A DNA stretch of 64,000 nucleotides from Candidatus Omnitrophota bacterium (GTDB lineage Bacteria > Omnitrophota > Gorgyraeia > Gygaellales > Profunditerraquicolaceae), in assembly GCA_041651115.1 (NCBI GenBank), contig JBAZJY010000004.1:78114-142113 (forward strand), written 5' to 3'. The notes beneath the pieces are model-generated. The model saw only the letters and a program-made list of their open reading frames with translations, made no database searches and had not been told where the DNA came from. Shown here piece after piece: positions 1-8,225 of this stretch (positions are counted from its first letter, which is position 1; each line of letters opens with the position of its first letter). Both the position numbers and the translations under genes were made by a program.

Positions 1-454
1 CATACTTTCCGGAAGCCTGGCACTTGGTATTTTGGCCCTGCCCTTGATCATTTCTTCGGCGCAGGAAGCGTTGCTGGCAATTCCGCAGTCAATAAGGGAA
101 GCATCGCTCTCTTTAGGCGCTACCAGATGGGAGACCATAAAAAATATTGTCTTGCCTACAGCCCTGCCGGGGATCCTTACGGGAGTAATTTTAAGCATTG
201 GCAGGGTTGCCGGGGAAACCGCGCCCATACTTTTTACCGCAGCGGCATTTTATCTTCGCGGTTATCCTAAATCAATTTTTTCCGAAGTAATGGCTTTGCC
301 ATATCATATTTATGCGCTGATGACCGAAGGCACGCATCCGGATAAGCAGACGGCAATTGCCTACGGCTGCAGCCTGATACTTTTGGCTATGGTGTTGTTT
401 ATTTCGGCAACGGCAATTTTTATCCGCCAGAAACAGAAGGGGGCACATGTCTAA
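1..454 (+). CDS. pstA: Phosphate ABC transporter permease PstA, C-terminal part; the gene continues upstream of the window
   Basis: The frame is open from nt 2. The translation reads ...[25 protein letters not shown]...[19 protein letters not shown], which is the conserved C-terminal PstA permease signature. It is directly followed by pstB with a 4-nt overlap. Confidence 0.8.
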   Translation, partial: ILSGSLALGILALPLIISSAQEALLAIPQSIREASLSLGATRWETIKNIVLPTALPGILTGVILSIGRVAGETAPILFTAAAFYLRGYPKSIFSEVMALPYHIYALMTEGTHPDKQTAIAYGCSLILLAMVLFISATAIFIRQKQKGAHV

Positions 455-1208
455 TAGAATAAAAGTTAAGGCAGAAGACGTAAATTTCTTCTATGCCAAA
501 ACACAGGCGCTAAAAGACATAAACCTTGATATTTTGGAGAAACAGGTTACCGCGATCATCGGCCCTTCAGGATGCGGTAAATCCACGTTTATCCGGCTTT
601 TGAACCGCATGGATGAGCTTGTGCCGAATACCAGCCTTACGGGAAAAATTTTTCTCGACGGAGAAGATATCCTGGAAAGCAAGATTGACGTAGTTGATAT
701 CCGTAAACAAGTGGGCATGGTTTTTCAGAAACCCAACCCTTTTCCTAAAACTATCTTTGAAAACATCAGTTACGGCATTAAAGTTAACGGTATCAGGGAT
801 AAGGAATTTATCTGCCAGAAAGTGGAAGAATCATTAAAAAAAGCAGCGCTGTGGAATGAAGTAAGGGACCGGCTTTGCGACAGCGCATTGAAACTATCCG
901 GCGGCCAGCAGCAGCGGCTCTGCATTGCCCGCAGCCTTGCCGTGGAAACGCAAGTCATTCTTTTTGACGAGCCCTGCGCCAGCCTTGATCCTATCTCTAC
1001 CGCCAAGATCGAAGAGTTAATCTTAGAATTAAAGAAAGAATATACTATTGTGATCGTGACGCATAATATGCAGCAGGCGGCAAGAGTTTCCGATCATACG
1101 GCATTTTTCCTGATGGGCGAGTTAATTGAAGTTGGCAAGACCCAGGATATTTTTACCAAGCCCAAGGATCCCAGAACCGAGGCCTATATTACCGGGAGGT
1201 TTGGATGA
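447..1208 (+). CDS. pstB: Phosphate ABC transporter ATP-binding protein PstB
   Basis: Walker [13 protein letters not shown] signature LSGGQQQRL and Walker B ILFDEP are all present. The length of 253 aa is typical for PstB. It is positioned between pstA and phoU. Confidence 0.9.
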   Translation: MSNRIKVKAEDVNFFYAKTQALKDINLDILEKQVTAIIGPSGCGKSTFIRLLNRMDELVPNTSLTGKIFLDGEDILESKIDVVDIRKQVGMVFQKPNPFPKTIFENISYGIKVNGIRDKEFICQKVEESLKKAALWNEVRDRLCDSALKLSGGQQQRLCIARSLAVETQVILFDEPCASLDPISTAKIEELILELKKEYTIVIVTHNMQQAARVSDHTAFFLMGELIEVGKTQDIFTKPKDPRTEAYITGRFG

Positions 1209-1615
1209 CAGCCGGAAAGAAAAAGATATTATTCGTTTGTATTGAGAATTCCTGCCGCAGCCAGATCGCCGAAGGCTTTGGCCGCTATTTTGGCAAAGAC
1301 GTTTTAGAACCCTATAGCGCAGGCTCAAGGCCGTCAGGAGAAATAAACCCTACGGCAGTAGCGGTGATGGCTGAAATCGGGATTGATATTTCCCATCAAC
1401 AGTCAAAAGGATTTGCTGACTTGGCTGTAAAGGATTTTGATTACGCGATCACTCTTGGCTGTAAAGATACGTGTCCGTTTGTGCCGGCTGACCGGCATAT
1501 CGAATGGCAGATAGAAGACCCTAAAGGAAAAGATATAGAATTTTTCCGCAGGACAAGGGATCAGTTAAAAACCAAGATTATTGATTTTATAGAAAGCCTG
1601 AAAGCCGCAGAATAA
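1205..1615 (+). CDS. LMW-PTP-fold arsenate reductase (thioredoxin-coupled ArsC type) or low-molecular-weight protein-tyrosine phosphatase
   Basis: The P-loop [18 protein letters not shown] matches CX5R(S). A downstream CKDTC cysteine pair resembles the Bacillus-type ArsC Cys triad. The protein is 136 aa. Its start overlaps the pstB stop by 4 nt. Confidence 0.6.
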   Translation: MTAGKKKILFVCIENSCRSQIAEGFGRYFGKDVLEPYSAGSRPSGEINPTAVAVMAEIGIDISHQQSKGFADLAVKDFDYAITLGCKDTCPFVPADRHIEWQIEDPKGKDIEFFRRTRDQLKTKIIDFIESLKAAE

Positions 1616-1631
1616 GAAAGAGAGCTAACCT

Positions 1632-2300
1632 ATGGAAAGGCATTTAGACCAGGATCTGGAAGATTTAAAAAAGTTATTGCTTAAAATGGGCATATTGGTT
1701 GAAGCGGCGGTATTTGAAGCAACCGAAGCGCTTAAAGAACTGAATAGCAAAAGGGCTAACGCTGTAGTCAGCGGAGATAAGGCGATTGATGAATGGGAAA
1801 ATACCGTTGATGAGAAATGCCTTGACCTCTTGGCGCTGCAGCAGCCGATGGCAGGAGATTTACGGTTTATCACCATGTCAATGAAGATTTCTACCGATTT
1901 AGAGCGTATGGCAGACCTTGCGGTGGACATTGCCCAGCGGGTTATCGAGCTTTCAGATAAGCCCTTGCTTAAGCCGCTCATAGATATACCAAAATTAACA
2001 AAACTCGCTCAGCAGATGTCTAAAAACGCGCTGGATGCTTTTGTAAATAGGGATGCAGACCTCGCCGGAAGAGCGATCCTGCTTGACCGGGAAGCTGACC
2101 GGCTGCGTAACCTGGTGCAGAAAGAATTGATTGAAGAATACATGAGCAAAGACCCCTCTACGGTATCGCGCGCCGTGCCTTTGCTTTTGATCGCCCGGCA
2201 TCTGGAACGTATCTGCGACCATGCCACGAATATCGCAGAAGACGTGATCTATATGGTCCAGGCAAAAGTCGTGCGCCATCATCCGGAACAGTTAAAGTAG
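1632..2300 (+). CDS. phoU: Phosphate-specific transport system accessory protein PhoU
   Basis: The 222-aa protein has two PhoU repeats, with motifs DxxxD and E..RIxDHATNIAE. It lies downstream of pstB. Confidence 0.85.
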   Translation: MERHLDQDLEDLKKLLLKMGILVEAAVFEATEALKELNSKRANAVVSGDKAIDEWENTVDEKCLDLLALQQPMAGDLRFITMSMKISTDLERMADLAVDIAQRVIELSDKPLLKPLIDIPKLTKLAQQMSKNALDAFVNRDADLAGRAILLDREADRLRNLVQKELIEEYMSKDPSTVSRAVPLLLIARHLERICDHATNIAEDVIYMVQAKVVRHHPEQLK

Positions 2301-2328
2301 CCCATGGCTTAAGCCCGCCAATATCCCC

Positions 2329-2356
2329 TTGACCCGCCTAGGAATTGTGCTATTAT
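2329..2356 (+). promoter_or_regulatory. Putative sigma70-type promoter for the Lrp/AsnC gene, TTGACC-N16-TATTAT; the 10-mer TTGACCCGCC recurs at 2362-2371
   Basis: The hexamers were read directly. A strong RBS, TAGGAGG, sits 7 nt before the ATG at 2414. Confidence 0.35.
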
Positions 2357-2413
2357 TTAGTTTGACCCGCCTTTTTATTAAGTAGCGTTTCCCCAGAGAC
2401 TAGGAGGATCAAT

Positions 2414-2899
2414 ATGGACGAGATACTGGAAATTTTAGAGAAAGACTGCCGCAGCACAGCGGAAGATATCGCCAAGATGCTGCATAAGAAGCCGCAGGCA
2501 ATAAGGCAGGCAATCGCCAAATATGAAAAAGAAGGGGTGATCCTTAAATATAAGGCGGTGATCAACCGGGAAATAGTTAAAGATGCGGATTCCGAGGTCA
2601 GGGCGCTGATCGAAGTCAATATTACCCCGCAGAAAGACTTAGGGTTTGATAAGGTTGCCGAACGGGTATATTCTTTTCCGGAAGTTTCCAGCTGCTATCT
2701 GATCTCCGGCACATATGACCTGCTCCTGGTGGTTGAAGGCAAAGACCTGCATACGGTTTCCCGGTTTATCGCCGAGAAATTATCTCCTATGGAGAACGTA
2801 AAAGGAGTGGTTACCCATTTTTTAATGAAAAAATACAAGGAAGACGGAGTGATTTTAAAGCATAAAGAAGAAAATAAGAGGATAGCTATTTCGTATTAA
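2414..2899 (+). CDS. Lrp/AsnC family transcriptional regulator
   Basis: The N-terminal HTH reads DEILEILEKDCRSTAEDIAKML. The C-terminal RAM/AsnC_trans domain is present. The protein is 161 aa. Confidence 0.8.
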   Translation: MDEILEILEKDCRSTAEDIAKMLHKKPQAIRQAIAKYEKEGVILKYKAVINREIVKDADSEVRALIEVNITPQKDLGFDKVAERVYSFPEVSSCYLISGTYDLLLVVEGKDLHTVSRFIAEKLSPMENVKGVVTHFLMKKYKEDGVILKHKEENKRIAISY

Positions 2900-2906
2900 A
2901 CCCAAA

Positions 2907-4079
2907 ATGAAAAACATTATTGCTAAAAAAGTTAAAGAAATGCAGCCCTCGGGTATCAGGGTCTTTTTTGACCTTGTGCTGGGGATGAAGGACGTAATCT
3001 CTCTTGGCGTGGGTGAGCCAGATTTTGTCACGCCCTGGCAGATACGCGAGGAAGGAATCTATTCCCTGGAGCAGGGTTTTACTTCTTATACTTCCAATAA
3101 AGGGCTGTATAAGTTAAGGCTAAGCATTAGCCGCTTTCTAAAAAATAAATTCGGGCTTGACTATTGCCCGGATGAAGAGGTCCTGATCACTGTAGGTGTC
3201 AGTGAAGGAGTAGACCTGACCTTGCGCGCGATCATTAATCCCGGCGACAAGGTGATTGTGCCTATACCCAGCTATGTATCTTACGGCCCGGTTGCCGAAC
3301 TGGCAGGCGCTAAGGCTGTTTACGTGGATACTGTATCAGACGGTTTCAAGCTTACTCCGGCCAGCCTTGAAAAAAATATTGATAGGCACACGAAGGCGGT
3401 AATCCTGAATTACCCTACAAACCCCACGGGTGTTACCTATACCAGGCGGGAACTGGAAGCATTAAAAAAAGTTATCTTAAAGCATAAGCTGCTTGCTATT
3501 TCCGATGAGGTTTATGGAGATTTGACTTATGATTTTGAGCATACGGCATTTGCTTCGCTTTCCGGGGCAAAAGAAAATACTGTTTATCTTGACGGGTTTT
3601 CCAAGAGCTATGCTATGACCGGCTGGCGTATTGGTTATGCCTGCGGCCCGAAAGAGATCATTGCCGCAATGACGAAGATCCATCAGTATACGATCATGTG
3701 CGTGCCGATCACCAGTCAAATGGCTGCCTGCGAAGCAATTGCTACCGGGAAAAAATCTATTGAAGAGATGAAGCGCGAATATAAAAGGAGAAGGGAATTT
3801 GTTATTTCCCGGCTCAATGAAATGGGGCTTTCCTGCCGTATGCCCGAAGGCGCTTTTTATGCTTTTCCATCAATAAAAAATACCGGTTTAAGCTCAATGG
3901 AATTTTGCCAGAGGCTGCTCAAAGAGCAAAAGGTTGCTGTTGTGCCCGGAACTGCTTTCGGCAAATGCGGCGAAGGCTATATAAGGATTTCCTATGCTTC
4001 AAGCATGGAAAATTTGAAAGAGGCTTTAGAAAGGATTGAGTCATGGTTAAGGCAAAACAAGGTTACGACATCTATGTAA
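2907..4079 (+). CDS. Pyridoxal-phosphate-dependent aminotransferase, class I/II (aspartate/aromatic aminotransferase-like)
   Basis: The 390-aa protein carries the SKSYAMTGWRIGY PLP-lysine motif, the fold-type I ILNYPTNPTG motif and a C-terminal AVVPG..FG motif. Confidence 0.8.
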   Translation: MKNIIAKKVKEMQPSGIRVFFDLVLGMKDVISLGVGEPDFVTPWQIREEGIYSLEQGFTSYTSNKGLYKLRLSISRFLKNKFGLDYCPDEEVLITVGVSEGVDLTLRAIINPGDKVIVPIPSYVSYGPVAELAGAKAVYVDTVSDGFKLTPASLEKNIDRHTKAVILNYPTNPTGVTYTRRELEALKKVILKHKLLAISDEVYGDLTYDFEHTAFASLSGAKENTVYLDGFSKSYAMTGWRIGYACGPKEIIAAMTKIHQYTIMCVPITSQMAACEAIATGKKSIEEMKREYKRRREFVISRLNEMGLSCRMPEGAFYAFPSIKNTGLSSMEFCQRLLKEQKVAVVPGTAFGKCGEGYIRISYASSMENLKEALERIESWLRQNKVTTSM

Positions 4080-4768
4080 AACAGATCGAGGCGCTTTCTA
4101 AAGTCGCTAACCTGATCACTTCCGGGATGTACCTGGAGGAATTACTGCGTTTAATCGTCCACGTTACCGCCGAGATTATGAATTCCAAGATCTCCTCGCT
4201 GATGCTTTTGGACCCGGAAAAGAATGAGCTCGTAGTAAAAGCAACCCAGTCCATCTCCGAAGCCTACAATAAAAAGGCGAATATAAAATTAGGCGTGGGA
4301 ATTGCCGGCATCGCGGCGAAAGAAAATAAACCGATCTGCGTTTTGGACGTTAAAGAGGATGAGCGTTATCTGAACCGGGACATCGCGAAAAAAGAAGGCC
4401 TATATTCGCTGGCAAGCGTGCCTTTGGCTGTAAAGGGCAGGGTCATCGGCGTGCTTAATTGTTATACGTCCAAGAAACATGAATTTACCAAGCATGAACT
4501 GCATCTTCTGGCTGCTTTGGCAAACCAGGCCGCAGTTGCCATTGAGAACGCGGAACTGGATATGCGCGCAAAGAGCGCTGAAGAAGCGCTCCTGACCCGT
4601 AAGCATGTTGAGCGGGCAAAGGATATCCTCGCGCAGGAGGCAGGGATCTCTCCGGAACAAGCATACAGGCTGATCCAAAAGCAAAGTATGGATAGGCGCA
4701 AGTCAATGCGCGAAGTTGCCGAAGCAATCATTCTTGCGCGGGACATACGGCAAAAGCATAGCCCTTGA
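4043..4768 (+). CDS. GAF domain plus ANTAR (RNA-binding antiterminator) domain regulator
   Basis: The N-terminal GAF-like region reads LMLLDPEKNELVVKAT...VPLAVKGRVIGVLNCY. The C-terminal ANTAR motif reads LLTRKHVERAKDILAQEAGISPEQAYRLIQKQSMDRRKSMREVAEAII. The start overlaps the aminotransferase stop by 37 nt, and an alternative start at 4127 is possible. Confidence 0.65.
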   Translation: MVKAKQGYDIYVKQIEALSKVANLITSGMYLEELLRLIVHVTAEIMNSKISSLMLLDPEKNELVVKATQSISEAYNKKANIKLGVGIAGIAAKENKPICVLDVKEDERYLNRDIAKKEGLYSLASVPLAVKGRVIGVLNCYTSKKHEFTKHELHLLAALANQAAVAIENAELDMRAKSAEEALLTRKHVERAKDILAQEAGISPEQAYRLIQKQSMDRRKSMREVAEAIILARDIRQKHSP

Positions 4769-4778
4769 AATTATACCA

Positions 4779-6476
4779 ATGCCGAATAAGCTGCCGGAAA
4801 ATCAATTACGCGTTGCCGTTGCTCAGATCAATTGCACGGTAGGAGACCTCCAAGCCAATGCTGCCAAAGTCAGTGAGTATACCGGCTTTGCCGCTAAGGC
4901 CGGCGCCGACATTGTTTGTTTTCCGGAACTTGCGCTTACCGGGTATCCGCCTGAAGACCTGCTGATCAAACCGCAGTTTATCCGCGACAATCTGTCTAAA
5001 CTTAAAGAATTAGTGCGCCGCAGCAGCGATATTGTTTCCATTATTGGATTTGTGGATAGGCAGGCCGGAGAAATATATAATGCTGCCGCGGTAGTCTATA
5101 AAGGAAAGATCAAGGGAGTCTACCGCAAAGTGCACCTTCCTAATTACAGCGTATTTGACGAAAAACGCTACTTTTACCCGGGGAAAGAGCCGCTGGTCTT
5201 TAAATACGGCAACGCGATATTCGGGGTAAATATCTGCGAAGATATCTGGCACTTTGACGGCCCGCTAAAGGCGCAGGCATCCGCAGGCGCCGGGCTGATC
5301 GTTAATATTAATTCTTCGCCTTATTATGCCGGAAAGATCAGGCAGAGGCAGGAGATTGTCCGCAGGCAGGCACGGGAGAATAAAACAGCGATAGTTTACG
5401 CTAATTTAGTAGGCGGCCAGGATGAACTGGTATTTGACGGCCAGAGTATGATCGTAGACCGCAGCGGAAAAGTAATTGCCATTGCAGAGGCGTTTAAAGA
5501 AGACTTATTGATCGCGGATATCAGCTTGCCGCAGGCCAGGATAAGATCAAAAAAATATTTGTGCGTGGTTTCAGAGAAGATTGCGCCTGCCGATAAGCTT
5601 GCCTTGCCCGCGAGAAAGAAAATTTCCCTGCCCGAAGAAGCCAAAGAAGTATACGAGGCTTTATTGCTTGGGCTAAAGGATTATGTTTTAAAGAACGGTT
5701 TTCGCCAGGTCGTTATTGGGTTAAGCGGAGGCATTGATTCAGCGCTGGTAGCGGCAATTGCCGTGGATGCCTTGGGCAAAGATAATGTTACCGGCGTATT
5801 TATGCCGTCAAGATACTCTTCTGTTGAGTCGCGGGAAGACAGCCGGCAACTGGCAGCTAATCTTGGCGTGAAACTGCTGGATATCCCGATTGAAGATATT
5901 TATAAACTTTATTTAAGCCAGCTTCAGCCACATTTTGCCGGCCTTGAAAGCAATATTGCTGAAGAAAACCTGCAGGCGCGTATCAGGGGTAATATCATTA
6001 TGGCGCTTTCCAATAAATTCGGCTGGCTTGTGCTGGCTACGGGAAACAAGTCGGAGATGAGCACAGGATATGCCACGTTATATGGCGACATGGCCGGAGG
6101 ATTTGCCGTAATAAAAGACGTCCCCAAGACCCTGGTATATAAATTGGCAAAATACAGGAACTCATTGGGTGAGGTTATTCCCGAAAGAAGCATTACAAAA
6201 GAGCCCACCGCGGAATTAAAGTCAAACCAAAAAGACAGCGACAGCCTGCCGGTTTATGAAACTCTGGACCCTATTCTTAAGGCTTACATTGAGCAGGATA
6301 GCGATTTGGCAAAGATAGCTTCTTCGGGGTTTGATAAACAAACGGTATTAAGGGTCGCGAATATGGTGGATAAAAGCGAATACAAACGCCGGCAGTCTCC
6401 GCCGGGTATTAAGATCACGCCAAAGGCATTTGGCAGGGACCGCAGGATGCCGATCACCAACAAATATCGTGGGTAG
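4779..6476 (+). CDS. nadE: Glutamine-dependent NAD+ synthetase (N-terminal CN-hydrolase/nitrilase domain plus C-terminal NAD synthetase domain)
   Basis: The nitrilase-fold N-terminus reads RVAVAQINCTVGD...CFPELALTGY. The PP-loop reads GLSGGIDSA. The protein is about 565 aa. The ATG at 4779 is preferred over the 4716 ORF-track start. Confidence 0.85.
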   Translation: MPNKLPENQLRVAVAQINCTVGDLQANAAKVSEYTGFAAKAGADIVCFPELALTGYPPEDLLIKPQFIRDNLSKLKELVRRSSDIVSIIGFVDRQAGEIYNAAAVVYKGKIKGVYRKVHLPNYSVFDEKRYFYPGKEPLVFKYGNAIFGVNICEDIWHFDGPLKAQASAGAGLIVNINSSPYYAGKIRQRQEIVRRQARENKTAIVYANLVGGQDELVFDGQSMIVDRSGKVIAIAEAFKEDLLIADISLPQARIRSKKYLCVVSEKIAPADKLALPARKKISLPEEAKEVYEALLLGLKDYVLKNGFRQVVIGLSGGIDSALVAAIAVDALGKDNVTGVFMPSRYSSVESREDSRQLAANLGVKLLDIPIEDIYKLYLSQLQPHFAGLESNIAEENLQARIRGNIIMALSNKFGWLVLATGNKSEMSTGYATLYGDMAGGFAVIKDVPKTLVYKLAKYRNSLGEVIPERSITKEPTAELKSNQKDSDSLPVYETLDPILKAYIEQDSDLAKIASSGFDKQTVLRVANMVDKSEYKRRQSPPGIKITPKAFGRDRRMPITNKYRG

Positions 6477-6479
6477 CGG

Positions 6480-6557
6480 TTAGGGACGGTTCTCAGCCAA
6501 GGAGAAAAATGTCCCCGAATGGGGACACTTTTCCCTTGGACTGAGAACCGTCCCTAA
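6480..6557. terminator. Long, nearly perfect nested hairpin (about 78 nt) immediately 3' of nadE
   Basis: GTTAGGGACGGTTCTCAGCCAAGG...CCTTGGACTGAGAACCGTCCCTAA, with an inner GTCCCC-gaat-GGGGAC hairpin. Only a weak U-tract follows. Confidence 0.5.
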
Positions 6558-6563
6558 TCTTTG

Positions 6564-6591
6564 TTGACAAAATCCGGCTTTATGTTATACT
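6564..6591 (+). promoter_or_regulatory. Putative sigma70-type promoter, TTGACA-N16-TATACT
   Basis: The hexamers are a near-consensus match and were read directly. Confidence 0.45.
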
Positions 6592-6626
6592 TTATATAGT
6601 TACAGGGTAGTAAAGAATAAGGACTC

Positions 6627-6674
6627 AGGCGTCCTTTAATCCGATTATGGATTAAGGGGCGCCTATTTTTTTTT
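6627..6674 (+). terminator. Intrinsic-terminator-like hairpin plus a 9-T run located inside the leader, 10 nt before the sigma-factor start codon
   Basis: AGGCGTCC...inner TTAATCC-GATTAT-GGATTAA...GGGGCGCCT followed by TTTTTTTTT. An RBS, GGAGAAAAG, follows it directly. Confidence 0.5.
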
Positions 6675-6683
6675 GGAGAAAAG

Positions 6684-7220
6684 ATGACTTTTGAAGGGTT
6701 AGTAAAAAAAATATCTCCGACGTTAAAAAGGATCACCTATAAGCTTAACGGCCATTTTTCCTTTTTTAACGATGAGGACCTGTTCCAGGAAGCGCTGCTG
6801 CGGCTATGGCTTGATTTTCAGCGCGGCAAGCTGGACGATAAGACCGACAGTTACATACTGCAGGGTTGCTACTTCCACCTTAAGAACTATCTGCGTAAGG
6901 CCCGGGACAAGGCGCGTTTGGTCAGCATAGATACGTTGGTTGCCGAGGAAGGGCTCAACTTAGACGAGATGCTGGCTTCGGACAGGCAGTTGCCGGCTTG
7001 CGATGATCTGGACGAGGAGATGTTGTCTGAAAGGATGGAGAAGCTTGGGCTATCCGGCAGGGAAAAAGACATCCTTTCTTTAAGTATGGAAGGCCTGACA
7101 GTAAGAGAGATCGGCAAGAGGCTGGGGATTTCGCATGTTATGGTAATAAAATTAAAAGCCAAAATAAAGTCCAAGTGCATACGGTTCCGGGAGGAAGTGA
7201 AAAACAGTTACCAAATGTAA
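6684..7220 (+). CDS. RNA polymerase sigma factor, sigma-70/ECF family
   Basis: The region-2-like segment reads DLFQEALLRLWLDF. The region-4 HTH reads LSGREKDILSLSMEGLTVREIGKRLGISHVMV. The protein is 178 aa. Confidence 0.6.
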   Translation: MTFEGLVKKISPTLKRITYKLNGHFSFFNDEDLFQEALLRLWLDFQRGKLDDKTDSYILQGCYFHLKNYLRKARDKARLVSIDTLVAEEGLNLDEMLASDRQLPACDDLDEEMLSERMEKLGLSGREKDILSLSMEGLTVREIGKRLGISHVMVIKLKAKIKSKCIRFREEVKNSYQM

Positions 7221-7286
7221 AATATTTTTACTTGTAGTAATGTAGAAGATATCAGCAACAAACACATTGAAGTGTAAGAAGACACA

Positions 7287-7317
7287 GGCGTTCCAACCAG
7301 GGAACGCCATTTTTTTT
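7287..7317 (+). terminator. Rho-independent terminator after the sigma-factor gene
   Basis: GGCGTTCC-aaccag-GGAACGCC followed by TTTTTTTT. Confidence 0.7.
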
Positions 7318-7418
7318 GTAAGACGCAAGCGTCTTTCGTTGCTCCGTTGATGGAGGCAAGAAAGGCGCTTTTTATTTATACAACCGGTAAGATACACCCG
7401 GCCTTAAAGGAATCGGCC

Positions 7419-7445
7419 GGTATCCCACTCTCTGTGGGAAAGGAG
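7419..7445. promoter_or_regulatory. Conserved dyad element GGTATCCCACTcTCTGTGGGAAaGGAG overlapping the RBS; a second copy lies at 35086-35113
   Basis: A TCCCAC-N5-GTGGGA inverted repeat. 26 of 28 nt are identical to the copy at 35086. Confidence 0.6.
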
Positions 7446-7451
7446 AAAAAG

Positions 7452-8216
7452 ATGTTTAAAAAGATTTGCGGTTTCATGATGGTGTTATTTTTAAGTTTTT
7501 GTTTTATCTCTTTTGTTTATGCTGAAAGCGAAGGCCTGCTTTCCGATATCGGTTTTGAGGTCAGCGGCGATGCTTCGGTATACTCACAGTATATATGGAG
7601 AGGGTTTGTCCTGGACAGGGATGCGGTGATCCAGCCGAGTATCTATGTTTCCACCCCCTCAACAAAATTCGGTAAATTGAAAGTCGGGGTATGGTCAAAT
7701 CAGGACTTGCAGAACAGCGATAACCTTAAATCCGAAGAATTTGACTATATCATAGACTATACCTATGATTTTGACTACTTAAGCGTTTCTCTCGGTCACA
7801 CCTATTATGATTTTGTAGAAACATCTACTTTCAGCAAGGAGTTTTATATCGGGCTGTCGCTGCCGAAGTTATTTTTAAGCCCTTCAGTATATTTTTATCG
7901 TGATTACGGGAGCACGGAAAACGGCGGCGGTTCAGGTAACTACACGGTAATAAACGGATTTTACAGCCTGCCGATTAAAAATACGCCTTTAAGCCTGGAC
8001 TTCTCCGGCCATGTCGGATTTAACCATAATCAGTTTATTGACGGAGACGGCGGTGATGTAGGCCTTAAGGTAGGACTTACCATGCCCCTTACAAAGAACT
8101 TATCTTTTACGCCTAATGTGAATTATTCCATCCCATTCGGTGATCTGGCTGATGAGGCGCACGGCAACCAGAAATCAAGATTTTTCGGCGGCGGAACGCT
8201 GGTATACAAATTCTAA
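7452..8216 (+). CDS. Putative outer-membrane beta-barrel (porin-like) protein with signal peptide, first gene of the amt operon
   Basis: The signal peptide reads MFKKICGFMMVLFLSFCFISFVYA. Amphipathic beta-strands alternate through the sequence. The C-terminus ...LVYKF ends in an aromatic residue. The RBS AGGAG lies 7 nt upstream. The 7347 N-terminal extension in the ORF track was rejected. Confidence 0.5.
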   Translation: MFKKICGFMMVLFLSFCFISFVYAESEGLLSDIGFEVSGDASVYSQYIWRGFVLDRDAVIQPSIYVSTPSTKFGKLKVGVWSNQDLQNSDNLKSEEFDYIIDYTYDFDYLSVSLGHTYYDFVETSTFSKEFYIGLSLPKLFLSPSVYFYRDYGSTENGGGSGNYTVINGFYSLPIKNTPLSLDFSGHVGFNHNQFIDGDGGDVGLKVGLTMPLTKNLSFTPNVNYSIPFGDLADEAHGNQKSRFFGGGTLVYKF

Positions 8217-8225
8217 TTAAAGGAG

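Noticed and set aside
7419-7445. Reading the shared dyad element as a sigma-54 (-24/-12) promoter or an NtcA or ANTAR target
   Set aside because: The GG-N10-GC spacing is not satisfied. There is no GTA-N8-TAC. The single hairpin has a 5-nt loop, rather than the dual-hexaloop ANTAR motif.
7347-7451. N-terminal extension of the OMP gene; similarly 4716-4778 for nadE, 10069-10233 for amt-2, 11500-11562 for glnK-2, 27904-27942, 32475-32606, 35084-35119, 36777-36812 and 40323-40340
   Set aside because: These upstream extensions lack an RBS and run through terminators or regulatory hairpins, or overlap the preceding gene. An internal ATG with a good Shine-Dalgarno sequence, followed by a signal peptide or conserved N-terminus, is preferred in each case.
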